In this document: positions 1-10,019 of the stretch, piece after piece
Position numbering within the stretch: position 1 is the stretch's first letter
How the letters are laid out: each line of letters opens with the position of its first letter
Assembly (NCBI GenBank): GCA_963700285.1
Contig: CAVOXA010000001.1
Span: 576,001-640,000 of the forward strand
Reading direction: 5' to 3'
Source: an uncultured Chloroflexia bacterium
GTDB taxonomy: Bacteria; Chloroflexota; Anaerolineae; JAAYZQ01
Length of the DNA: 64,000 nt
Made by a program: the position numbers and the translations under genes
Notes under the pieces: model-generated
Seen by the model: only the letters and a program-made list of their open reading frames with translations
Told to the model about the DNA's origin: nothing
Databases searched by the model: none

Positions 1-208
1 AGAGGGCCTGCAGGGGGACAAAGATGTGCCCCCACTCATTGAGCCCATGGGCGATGCCAAAGGCGGCCAGCCAGGGCAGCGGGCGGGCCAGCTCCAGGTG
101 GCTGTGGCGCCGCCACTGCAAGCCCGTCACCAGGCCCATGACAAAAAAGACCTGTCCGTAGACAAAATAGAGAATAATCCAGTTGATTTCCAGGATCTGG
201 GTCAACAT
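1..208 (-). CDS. N-terminal membrane region of a probable sensor histidine kinase (partial, runs off left edge)
   Basis: Manual translation from the ATG at 208 gives MLTQILEINWIILYFVYGQVFFVMGLVTGLQWRRHSHLELARPLPWLAAFGIAHGLNEWG: two hydrophobic helices and an AFGxxHGxxEW motif that I associate with multi-TM sensor kinases. Not in the ORF track. The kinase domain would lie outside the window. Confidence 0.55.
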   Translation of the reverse strand, partial: MLTQILEINWIILYFVYGQVFFVMGLVTGLQWRRHSHLELARPLPWLAAFGIAHGLNEWGHIFVPLQAL

Positions 209-234
209 GCCCACAAACGACCTCCCACGGCGCA

Positions 235-263
235 ATTATAGCATCAAAGTGCGCATCTCACAA
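235..263 (-). promoter_or_regulatory. Sigma70-type promoter for the leftward gene
   Basis: Minus strand reads TTGTGA-N17-TATAAT with an extended TG motif. Confidence 0.55.
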
Positions 264-287
264 TTGACGTCGTGGAGATTGCCGTTT

Positions 288-308
288 TGTCCCTGGAAAT
301 TAGGGACA
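288..308. promoter_or_regulatory. Inverted repeat, candidate regulator binding site
   Basis: TGTCCCT-N7-AGGGACA in the divergent intergenic region, with another GGGACA half-site at about 347. Confidence 0.45.
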
Positions 309-533
309 TCTGTCAGGTGTGCGCCGGGCACAAGTATGGTATGATGGGACATCCTGCACGCGTACTCGGGTGCAGGGTGCCTTTGTTTTCGTGTTGAATC
401 AGCCCTGAGGGCCGGAATATAAAGATGAGGAAGGAGGTGCCTGGCAAACAGTTGATTGTACTCAGTTCAGATCGTTGCAGGCGAACATGTAAGCCAATGA
501 CTGAGATCTTGGTGATTTGGAGGAGATGAAGCG

Positions 534-3015
534 ATGAAGTGGAAAACTGGATTGATTGTGGTAGCGGCCTTGCTCCTTCTGGCCATCCCCGTGGCCCTGA
601 CCGTGGGAGCTGCGCCAGAGAATGGCATCACATCCCCTGCTTCGGGGGAAGCCGTAAAGGGCGAGGTCTCCATTGAGGGGACTGCCACAGACCCAAATTT
701 CTGGAAGTACGAGTTGCACTATGGCCCGGATCCCAACCCTGACGGCATGTGGTTGGACCTCTTGGCACCCCAGGGCTATGTTGATTTGGCTGTGGTTGAG
801 GGGGAATTGGGCAAGTGGGATACCACCATGGTTGAGGATGGCATCTATATCCTCAAGCTGCGCGTGGTGCGCAACACAGGCCAGTACGATGACCTCCTGG
901 TGGAGGGTGTCAAGGTGGCCAATGCTGGTGATGCAGTGCCTCCAGCTGACGAACCCGCTGACGCCGAGCCTGCAGACGCTGAGCCTGCAGCCGCTGAGCC
1001 TACAGCGGCTGCCACGGAAGAACCTGAGGCAGCCGAAGAGCCCGCGGCTCCCGTAGAGACGAAGGAACTGGAGGTTCCTTTTGAGGACATGTGGGCTGGC
1101 TCGCCGCACGCCGATGCCTCAGCCGAGGCTTTCCGCCACTGGGACGAGGACGATCCAGCCGTCGTGCCCGCAAGCTGTGCCAAGTGCCACAGCGAGGGCG
1201 GCTTCCAGGACTTTCTGGGAGCCGACGGCAGCGAGGCACGGGTTGTCGATAGCGATCACGACATCAATACCGTAGTTTCCTGCGTCGCCTGCCACAACGA
1301 TGCGACGGCGACCTGGGATACGGTGGTCTTCCCCTCCGGGGCCGAGATCACCGGCCTGGGGTCGGAGGCGCGCTGCATGGAATGCCACCAGGGCCGGGCT
1401 TCGACGGTCTCTGTTGACGAGGGCATCGCCGAGGCGGGCCTCGAGGACATGGACACCGTCAGCGAGGACCTGGGCTTCACCAACATCCACTACTTTGCTG
1501 CCGCCGCGACCATGTACGGCACGCTGGCCAAGGGCGGCTACCAGTACGAGGGCAAGACGTACGACGGCAAGTTCGACCACGTCGACGGCTTTAACACCTG
1601 CATCGATTGCCACAACCCCCACACGCTGGAGCTCAAGGTCGACGACTGCGCCGCATGCCACACCGAGCAGCGACTCCAAGGACATCCGCATGCAGGGTTC
1701 CCTGGTCGACTATGATGGCGACGGCGACATGGAGGAGGGCATCTACTACGAGGTCGAAGGCCTGCAGGAGATGCTCTACGAGGCCATGCAGGCCTACGGC
1801 GCTGAGGTAGCCGGGCACGCCCATCGTCTACGACTCGCACAGCTACCCCTACTTCTTTATCGACACCGATGCCGACGGCGAGGTAGACGAAGACGAGGCT
1901 GTTCTCGCCAACGCCTACAACGCCTGGACTGGCCGCCTGGCCAAGGCCGCCTACAACTACCAGACCTCCCTGAAGGACCCGGGCGCCTACGCCCACGGCG
2001 GCAAGTACATGATCCAGCTTCTGTACGATTCCATCGAGGATCTGAACGCGGCCCTGTCCGAGCCGGTCGACCTGTCGAGCGCCAACCGCATCGACCACGG
2101 CCACTTTGCCGGTTCCGAAGAGGCATTCCGACACTGGGATGAGGACGGTGCTGTGCAGGGTAGCTGTGCCAAGTGCCACTCGGCCGCGGGCCTGCCCTTC
2201 TTCCTGGCTGAAGGAGCCAATGTCACCCAGCCGATCTCCAACGGGCTGCAGTGTGCGTCCTGCCACAGCGACCTGGAGACCTACGCTATCCACGAAGTGG
2301 CGTCAGTAGAGTTCCCCAGCGGCGCTGAGGTCGACAGCGGTGACCCCAACACCAATCTGTGCATCAACTGCCACCAGGGCCGCGAGTCCACGGCCAGCGT
2401 CAACCGCAGGATCGGTGATGCTGCGGACAATGATGTGACAGAGGGCTTGGGCTTTGCCAACGTCCACTACTTTGCCGCCGGCGCCACGCTGTTCGGCGAT
2501 GAGGTACAGGGCGCCTACCAGTTCGACGGCAAAGAGTATGCAGGCAAGAACGCGCACGTCGCCCGGCTACGCCAACTGCACCGAGTGCCACAGCGCCCAC
2601 ATGCTGGAGGTCAAGACCGACGAGTGCAGCGACCTGCCACGCGGGCATCGAGGACGTAGCCGACATCCGCATGGACAGCACCGACTATGACGGCGATGGC
2701 GACACGAGCAGTGGAATGTCCGTCGAAGTCGACCAACATGGCCGATGCGCTGTACGCTGTCTCCAGGACTATGCGGCTAGCACCGAGGGTGTCAGCGGCA
2801 TCGAGTACGACGCCCATGCCTACCCCTACTTCTTTGACGAAGAGGGCGAGCGCTATGCCACCTGGACGCCGGCGCTGCTGCGAGGGGCCTACAACTACCA
2901 GTACGCCCAGAAGGATCCCGGCGCCTTTGCCCACAACCCCAAGTACGTCATCCAGGCGCTGTACGACAGCATGGAGCATCTGGGTTGTGACGTGAGTGGC
3001 ATGACTCGACCCTAA
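534..3015 (+). CDS. Secreted decaheme cytochrome c (two tandem 5-heme modules) with N-terminal Ig-like domain and acidic Pro/Ala linker; frameshifted in assembly
   Basis: Signal peptide. Heme motifs CAKCH, CVACH, CMECH, CIDCH, CAACH, then CAKCH, CASCH, CINCH, CTECH and CSDCH (the last restored across a 1-nt insertion). Duplicated EAFRHWDED, N(I/V)HYFAA and KDPGA(Y/F)AH motifs. Joins ORFs 534-1715, 2009-2659 and 2671-3015. Confidence 0.85.
948..1004 (+). repeat. 15-bp tandem repeats encoding the (D/A)AEPA linker
   Basis: gacgccgagcctgca/gacgctgagcctgca/gccgctgagcctaca. Confidence 0.75.
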
Positions 3016-3416
3016 GTGGCCTGACCGACGTGGGCTTGTTTGGTCGAGCGGTGACCGGCTTGCTCCACAAAAGTTATGCTTGTGATGAAATCGCGCCCGG
3101 CAGGCCAGCCTGCTGGGCGCGTTGCTTGTTAAGGAGCGCTTGAGGCGTACTGGCAGGCGTCGAGTCAAGACAAGGCAAGCTCCAGGGCATTGGTAAGTGC
3201 TGCGTGCAACTCTGTGGAGGGCACAGTCGCGGTCTTACCTTTCGGGCCAGCCCCTGGGCTTCGACAGATTGACTTGTCGAGACGGCTGAGATGTGGTATG
3301 GTATGCACGTGTTCCCAACCATCCACCTTGCGAGAATGAACCTGCTTGCTTTCATAGGTATGGCTATGGCCGTCTGAGGACGTGGACCTATCTGTGGCCG
3401 ATAACGGGGGTAAGGG

Positions 3417-3900
3417 ATGAGCGACTCAGTAGAATCGAAAGAAGTCGGGACGCAGGATGGATCCGTCAGCCGTCGAGGCTTTCTCAAATACGGATTGTTG
3501 GGCTTCTCTGGGCTGGCAACGGCCGTTGGTGTCCTGACACCCGTCGTCGCCTATCTTTGGCCTCCGAAAGTGGGGGCCAGTGGATCAGGGGGGCGGGTGA
3601 CTGTGGCGTCAACGAAGGACCTGGCCCCGGGGGCGGGTGGGGTCTATTCGGTTGCCAACAAACCGGTGATGGTGATCCACACCGTCGACGATGAATATGT
3701 AGCCCTGTCAGCGACCTGCACGCATTTGGGCTGCATTCTCTTCTGGGATGTCGAACAGGCAGGTGATCGCTTGCCCGTGTCACGAAGCCTACTTTAACAC
3801 CACCGGTGCCGTGATCTCGGGACCGCCACCTTCTCCGCTTGAACCCTATCGGATCCAGGTTGAGGGGGACGAGATCGTTGTAGAGGGAGGCCAGGGCTAA
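3417..3900 (+). CDS. Rieske [2Fe-2S] subunit of a cytochrome bc complex (Tat-exported; frameshift at about 3760)
   Basis: SRRGFLK twin-Arg signal plus TM helix, CTHLGC, then in the shifted frame CPCHEAYF...SGPPP. Stop overlaps the next ATG. Confidence 0.9.
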
Positions 3901-4578
3901 TGGAAGCACAATCTCGCGTCAAGTGGTCGACACGGATAGGGGATTGGTTCGATGAACGTTTCGATGTCCGCATCCCCCTGCAAGCCTTTCTGAAAAAGCC
4001 GGTACCCAAGCACGCCATCAAATGGTACTTTTGTCTGGGTGGGATTACCTTCTCCCTATTCCTCATCCAGGGTGTTACGGGTATTCTGCTCTCCTTGTAC
4101 TACAGGCCAACGACAGAAGGGGCCTACGAGAGCATTCTGTTCATCATGAACAACGTTCGCTTTGGCTGGCTGATCCGCAGCATCCACTCCTGGTCCTCGA
4201 CCTTGATGATTGCCTTCTGTATAGGCGCACATGCTGCGAGTATTCATCACCGGTGCGTACAAGAACCCGCGCGAATTGAACTGGGTTGCCGGGGTCGCGC
4301 TCCTGTTGCTGACGCTGGCCTTTGGTTTCACAGGCTACCTGTTGCCCTGGGATCAGAAAGCGCTATGGGGGTCAACGGTGGGCAGCGAGATCCTGAGTGT
4401 CGTTCCGCTGATTGGTGGCTGGCTTCTCGGTCTGCTGCGCGCGGGTATGGAGATCACCGGCTTGACATTGACCCGCTTCTACGGGATCCACATGCTGGTT
4501 CTGCCTCTTCTGGCCTTCATCTTCCTGGCAGTCCACTTTATTATTATTCGTCGCCAGGGGATCTCGGGCCCTCTTTAG
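3900..4578 (+). CDS. Cytochrome b6-type N-terminal subunit (frameshift at about 4225)
   Basis: [24 protein letters not shown]...[20 protein letters not shown] and TLTRFYGIH motifs. Confidence 0.92.
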
Positions 4579-4602
4579 ACCGGTAACAAGGAGGCTACTG
4601 TC

Positions 4603-5076
4603 ATGGAGAATGGTGCAGAGCAAATGACCCAGCCCGGGAGCGAGCGACCACGCCGGTACAAACATCCCGAATACCGGGAAGAGGATACCATACCCTTCTT
4701 TCCCAACTATGTAATCCTCGAGGTCATCGTCAGCTTCCTTGTGCTGGCTCTCTTGATCGTGCTTGCCTCATTGCTGCCCGTCGGTTTGGAGGAAAAGGCG
4801 GATCCCTTCAGTACACCACAACACATCAAGCCAGAGTGGTATTTCCTGTGGATCTACCAGTTCATCAAGGTGCCGTCTCTCCTCATCGGCCCGGGTGTCT
4901 TGGCCGCGATGGCGGGCATCTTTATCCCGGCGATTGGTATCCTGCTCTTGTTCCTTCTGCCCTTTCTGGACCGCAGACCGGAGCGCCATCCGCGGGATCG
5001 AAAACTGGCCATGGTCATCGCTGGGTTGATCGTGATCTTTTTCGTCGCAATATCGATCTGGGGCTGGTACAGTTAG
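4603..5076 (+). CDS. Cytochrome b subunit IV (C-terminal part)
   Basis: PFFPN, ADPFSTPQHIKPEWYF (Qo-site PEWY motif), LPFLDR and three TM helices. Confidence 0.92.
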   Translation: MENGAEQMTQPGSERPRRYKHPEYREEDTIPFFPNYVILEVIVSFLVLALLIVLASLLPVGLEEKADPFSTPQHIKPEWYFLWIYQFIKVPSLLIGPGVLAAMAGIFIPAIGILLLFLLPFLDRRPERHPRDRKLAMVIAGLIVIFFVAISIWGWYS

Positions 5077-5088
5077 GGGGTGAGGACT

Positions 5089-6762
5089 ATGCGCATCATC
5101 CGGGTCATTCCAATGTTTGTGTTGCTTGTCCTCTTTCTGCTCGCCGGGACCTCGGCCTACGGCCTCCCGCTGTTGCAGATCCCGGCGGTTCCCCACCCGG
5201 TAGAGGGTCGGGACGATTGCTTGGCCTGCCACGACACGGGCCAGGTGGCTGCCTTCCCCGAGGATCATGAAGGCCGGGCAAATGAAACCTGCACCATGTG
5301 CCATGAGGCTCCCGAGGCTGGAGCCATGCCGCCGGTTCCCCACCCGATAGAGGGTCGAGATGATTGTTTGGTTTGTCACGACGAGGGCCAGTTGATGCCC
5401 TTTCCCTCAGACCACGAAGGTCGGCCTAATGAGGGCTGCCTCGACTGCCACGAGCTTGGCGAGGCCGAGGCGCCCCAGCCCACACCCGAACCCACGGCGA
5501 CGCTGCCACCGTCAGTCCAGGTCGTGCCTACCCCGATCCATGAGCCCGTCTTGTTCGAAGAGAATACCTGCGTCTCGTGCCACCGGGAACTAGGTGGGAA
5601 GCATGCCGAGATCACGACTGACTGGGAGGAGGGTATCCACGCCGCCCAGGGCGTAGGGTGTGTAAGCTGTCATGGCGGCGATCCAACGCAGGCGGACGCC
5701 GAGGCGTCGATGTCGCCCGAAGCCGGCTACTTGGGTCCCCTGCCCAAGGATCGTATCCCAGGCTTGTGTGGATCTTGCCACACGGACGTGGACTTGATGC
5801 GACCCTTTAATCTGCCGACCGATCAACTGGACCAGTACTGGCAGAGCCTGCACGGGCAGGCGCTCCTTGAGGGCGATGAAAACGTGGCGACCTGCTTTGA
5901 CTGTCATGACGGGCACAAGGTCCTAAAGACCTCGGACCCTGCATCCCAAGTGTACCCCAGCAACGAACCGGCGATGTGCGCGGGCTGCCACGGCGACGAC
6001 ATGATGATGGAACCCTATCACATTCCCACGGACCAATATGACCTTTACCAAATGAGCGTACATGGTGAGGCTTTGCTCCAGGAACAAAATCTGCGTGCGC
6101 CTACCTGTTCTACGTGTCATGGGACGCACGGCGCTGCACCACCGGGCTACCAGCAGGTGGCCAACGTGTGTGGCCAATGTCATACAGCCACGCAGGAATA
6201 CTATATGGAGGGAGCGCACCGAACCGGCATGACCGGGGAAGCCGCCCCACGCTGTGTCACCTGCCATGGCCGGTACGATGTCATGCCCGCCACGCGGGAG
6301 CTGTTTGTTGGCTCGGAGGAGCGGCATTGCGGCAGTTGCCACCCGTCCGACAGTGAGATTGGCGGGCAGGTGGAGGCGATGTACAACGCGCTGAAAGAAG
6401 CCGATGCGGTCTATGAGCAGGCAGAGGCTACCATTGCCCTTGGTGCTGAAAAACGGCTGATCATGGCTGAACAGGAGGAACTGCTCCAGAGGGCCAACAC
6501 ACCCCTGATCGAGTCCCGAGCCATGCAGCACACGGTCAACCTGGAGGAGGTTCAAGCCAAGGCTGAGGAGTCGTTGATGCTCAGCCGGGAGGCGACGGCC
6601 TCTGCTGAAGCAGCTTTGAAAGAGTTGGACACCCGTCGCCTGGGCATGATCATTGCGCTGGGCTTTATTCTCCTCACGATCGTGGCTCTGGTTCTCATCA
6701 AGCGCCAATTGGATCGGGATCTGCAGGCAGAGCGCGCACCAGCTCGTGACGACTCGGCCTAA
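5089..6762 (+). CDS. 13-heme cytochrome c with signal peptide and C-terminal membrane anchor
   Basis: 13 CxxCH motifs counted. Two N-terminal PHPxEGRDDCLxCH...HEGR...CxxCH repeats, a helical stalk and a C-terminal TM helix (LGMIIALGFILLTIVALVLIKR). Confidence 0.9.
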   Translation: MRIIRVIPMFVLLVLFLLAGTSAYGLPLLQIPAVPHPVEGRDDCLACHDTGQVAAFPEDHEGRANETCTMCHEAPEAGAMPPVPHPIEGRDDCLVCHDEGQLMPFPSDHEGRPNEGCLDCHELGEAEAPQPTPEPTATLPPSVQVVPTPIHEPVLFEENTCVSCHRELGGKHAEITTDWEEGIHAAQGVGCVSCHGGDPTQADAEASMSPEAGYLGPLPKDRIPGLCGSCHTDVDLMRPFNLPTDQLDQYWQSLHGQALLEGDENVATCFDCHDGHKVLKTSDPASQVYPSNEPAMCAGCHGDDMMMEPYHIPTDQYDLYQMSVHGEALLQEQNLRAPTCSTCHGTHGAAPPGYQQVANVCGQCHTATQEYYMEGAHRTGMTGEAAPRCVTCHGRYDVMPATRELFVGSEERHCGSCHPSDSEIGGQVEAMYNALKEADAVYEQAEATIALGAEKRLIMAEQEELLQRANTPLIESRAMQHTVNLEEVQAKAEESLMLSREATASAEAALKELDTRRLGMIIALGFILLTIVALVLIKRQLDRDLQAERAPARDDSA

Positions 6763-6964
6763 GAGCCTTTAGGCAGGGCACAGACAGTGCGAATGTGGGC
6801 ACTAGTGGGTTAGGAGCGCAGCTACAGAGCTGGCGCCAGTACAGGTCATAGCCGGGCGGGCCCGTCCAGCACCTGGACCGCTCCTTTGTGTTCGCGCGTG
6901 TGGCTGCGTCCTCGGTCTGCTCGCCCACCATCTGAGGCGATGCCACCCAGCCACAGCAGCGCAT

Positions 6965-7108
6965 TTGACACCGGAAGTACGGTATGTTATACTCTGGCCG
7001 ACTATGCTAGACTACTCAGGGCTGAGTAATTGAGGCGGTGGATTGCCGGGATAAGGTGATAGACTTGTCGCCGGCCCATTTGACACGGTTTTCACCATCT
7101 AGTATAAT
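6965..7108 (+). promoter_or_regulatory. Two tandem sigma70-type promoters
   Basis: TTGACA(6965)-N17-TATACT and TTGACA(7080)-N17-TATAAT. Confidence 0.75.
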
Positions 7109-7165
7109 CCAGAGACAGAGTATTGCGATCAGAGACTGATCGCGTTGCTGCACTGGGAGGTGTAT

Positions 7166-9485
7166 GTGACTGATTCAATGGAGAGGAAGGTCGACTCGAC
7201 CGAGCAAGTGTCCGAGCCGGCGGAGAGCAAGACTGGCTCGACGGGGCTGCCGTCCGAGCCAAACGGCAAGAAGGGCGGGAACGGCAAGCGGGCTGTACGG
7301 CTGGGTGTGATTATCGGTGCGGCCTTTATCATTGGCTTCATCGTGTTTGGCGTCATCGCCATCATGGTCTGGGACTATTCCAACAGTGTAGCCTTCTGCG
7401 CCGATGCCTGTCACGATGTACACCCCGAAGAGATCCACGCCTTTAGGGACTCGTACCACGCCAACGTCAGGTGCACCGAGTGCCACATGGGCCGGGTAGG
7501 TACTCTCAACAACATTGTCCTCAAGGCCAGCCACGCTCGCCATCTGCCCGAAGTGATCTTTGACTCCTACGACCGCCCCCTGGAATCGGCGACGATGCGC
7601 CCCGCCAACGAGTCCTGCGAACTCTGCCACTTTCCTCCTGCTTTCCACGGCGATACCGTCCGGAAAGTCACGCGCTTTCAATCGGATGAGGAAAACACAG
7701 AGAAGGATACCTATCTGATCCTCAAGACCGGGGCGGGCACACGGAATGAGGGCCTGGGCTACGGCATTCATTGGCACATCACCAATCCTGTGGAGTATAT
7801 TGCCGGGGACGAGCACAAGCAGGACATCCGCTGGGTGCGGACGACGCTGCCTGACGGCCGGACCGTGGAGTACAGCGATGTCACCAACCCCCTGACACCG
7901 GAGGAGATCGAAGCCGCCGAAAAGAAGACCATGGACTGCGTCGATTGCCACAACCGCATGGGCCATCCCTTCCCCTCTCCAGAAGACTTGGTGGACCAGG
8001 CTTTGGCCGACGGGAGTCTGAGTTCAGATCTGCCCTATGCCAAGGAATCAATGCTGGACCTGCTCTCGGCCGACTATGAGACCCAGGAGGCGGCCCTGGA
8101 GGCTGCGGCTGCGACCAGGGAGCAGTACGAGGCTGCATACCCTGAGGCAGCGGCCGCTTACCCGGAGGAGATAGACCAGGCTCAGCAACTGGCTGAGGAA
8201 CTGATTAAACGATTGATATTTGAGGAGCCGGGCGTTACCTGGCAGTCCTTCCCGGACGACAACAAGCACAAGGACTTTCCCGGCTGCTTCCGCTGCCACG
8301 ACGGCAACCATGTGAGCGAAGAGGGTGAGTCGATCCGGCTGCAGTGCAATATCTGTCACAGTGTGCCAGCAACAGTGGAGGCGGGGGACCGTCCGCCACA
8401 GCTGCCGCTGGCCTACATCCAGGAGCCAGCGTCGCACCTGGAAACCAATTTCATGGCCGACCACCGCTTCCAGGCGAACGGTGACTGCGAGGAGTGCCAT
8501 GGCGAGATTGCCTTTGGCAGTGACGACTCCTCCTTCTGTGCCAACTCGTCCTGCCACGGAAAGGCCTGGCCGATGGTTGAGCTGGATGCTGCTTTTGAGC
8601 ACCCCATCGAGCTGGAGGGCAAGCATGCGGAGGTTTGGTGCCACGACTGCCACGAGGGGGTGCGGGAACCCGAATACGCATGTGCCAACTGCCACGAGGC
8701 ACCCCAGCCCCACTTTGGCGACCTGTGCGAGGACTGCCATACGCCGGCCGGCTTTGAGGGAGCGGACATGGGCAACTTTGAGCATCCCGTGCCCGCTGGA
8801 CGGCGCTCACGCCAACACTGGTTGTAGCGATTGTCATGTTGAGGGCCGGGAGCTGACCGGCTCCTGCGCCGACTGCCACCAGCCGCCCAGCGAGCCCCAC
8901 TTTGGGCCCAACTGCGAGGACTGCCACACGCCAACGGACTTTGCCGATGCAACTTTGCCAGCCGAGCTGCACCCGGTGGCGCTGGAGGGTGCCCACCTGA
9001 CTGCCTCCTGTGACGGATGCCATGTCGAGGGCCAGGAGATGCCCGAGTTTGTGTGCAGCAACTGCCACGAGCCACCCCAGGACCACTATGGCCTCAACTG
9101 TGAGGACTGCCACACGCCAACTAGCTTTACCGATGCCAGTCTGCCGGCGGGAATGCATCCAATTGCGCTGGAGGGCGCCCACGCGACGGCTAGCTGCGGT
9201 GCCTGTCACGTCGAAGGTCAGGAGATGCCCGAGTTTGTTTGTAGCAACTGCCACGAAGCGCCGGACAACCACCTGGCAGGTGAGTGCGAAACCTGTCACA
9301 AGCCTGAGGGCTTTGCCCGATCCGCTGCTCTCCTGGTGAATCTGGCGCCGCCGATCGAACACGATCTCTCTGGACGGGACAACTGCCTGGCATGCCACGA
9401 TCCAGAGGGACAGATCAAGCCTGCACCATCCAACCACATCGAGTATGAGAACGAGCAGTGCACCCTTTGTCATAAGGCTGAGTAA
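7166..9485 (+). CDS. NapC/NirT-headed membrane-anchored 22-heme cytochrome c (frameshift at about 8790)
   Basis: GGAGG RBS before GTG. N-terminal TM helix followed by the NapC-like FCADACH...SYH..VRCTECH. 11 heme motifs before and 11 after the frameshift, including one CX3CH and one CX4CH. Four HPxxLxGxH tri-heme repeats. Confidence 0.85.
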
Positions 9486-9794
9486 ATGCTACTGACCTCT
9501 TATAAGCCCAATAGCTTTGACGGCTCCGTAGCCGATCCGGCCTATGCCGAGCCGCCGCTCAAGATCTCTGACGACGCAGGTCGCTACGAGCAAAAGCGGG
9601 GAGTGGAGGACGACTATGGTCAGCCGGGGATGCTTTACTGCCTGATGCCGCCCGATGAGCAGGAGCGCCTTGTTACCAACATCGCGGGTACTCTCAAGAA
9701 AGTGCCCAAGGAGATCCAGCAAAAGATGGTGGAACGTTTTACCATGGCTGCCCCGGCCTACGGAGCTGGTGTGGCAAAAGGACTGGGACTGTGA
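9486..9794 (+). pseudogene. C-terminal remnant of a monofunctional catalase
   Basis: YKPNSFDG...EPPL...DDYGQPG...ERLVTNIA...YGAGVAKGLGL matches the catalase C-terminal helical region. No catalytic N-terminal part upstream. Confidence 0.75.
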
Positions 9795-9851
9795 CGTAAG
9801 TAGGCGGCGCTAGTCAGGTTCCGGCAGGGGTATCACGCCTGCCGCGATCGG

Positions 9852-9887
9852 GACGCCAGGTATCTTTTCGATGCCTGGTGTCTTTTT
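9852..9887 (+). terminator. Rho-independent terminator
   Basis: GACGCCAGGTATC/GATGCCTGGTGTC stem followed by TTTTT. Confidence 0.8.
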
Positions 9888-10019
9888 GTGTGTAGCCGAT
9901 GGCCTGCCAATAGGGCGTACCGGTCCCAAGCCTTTTTCACCAGGAGAATACTACAGCGGATTTCGTCTGTCTCAAAAAGTGTGGTAAGATGGGATCCTCA
10001 TGACCTCCTGGAGAGAACC

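Noticed and set aside
462-9473. Long antisense and alternate-frame ORFs over the cytochrome genes and elsewhere
   Set aside because: These are typical high-GC shadow ORFs with no motifs or RBS, and they overlap well-supported genes.
534-9485. Selenocysteine or pyrrolysine readthrough in the broken cytochrome genes
   Set aside because: The breaks change reading frame rather than being in-frame TGA or TAG codons at conserved positions.
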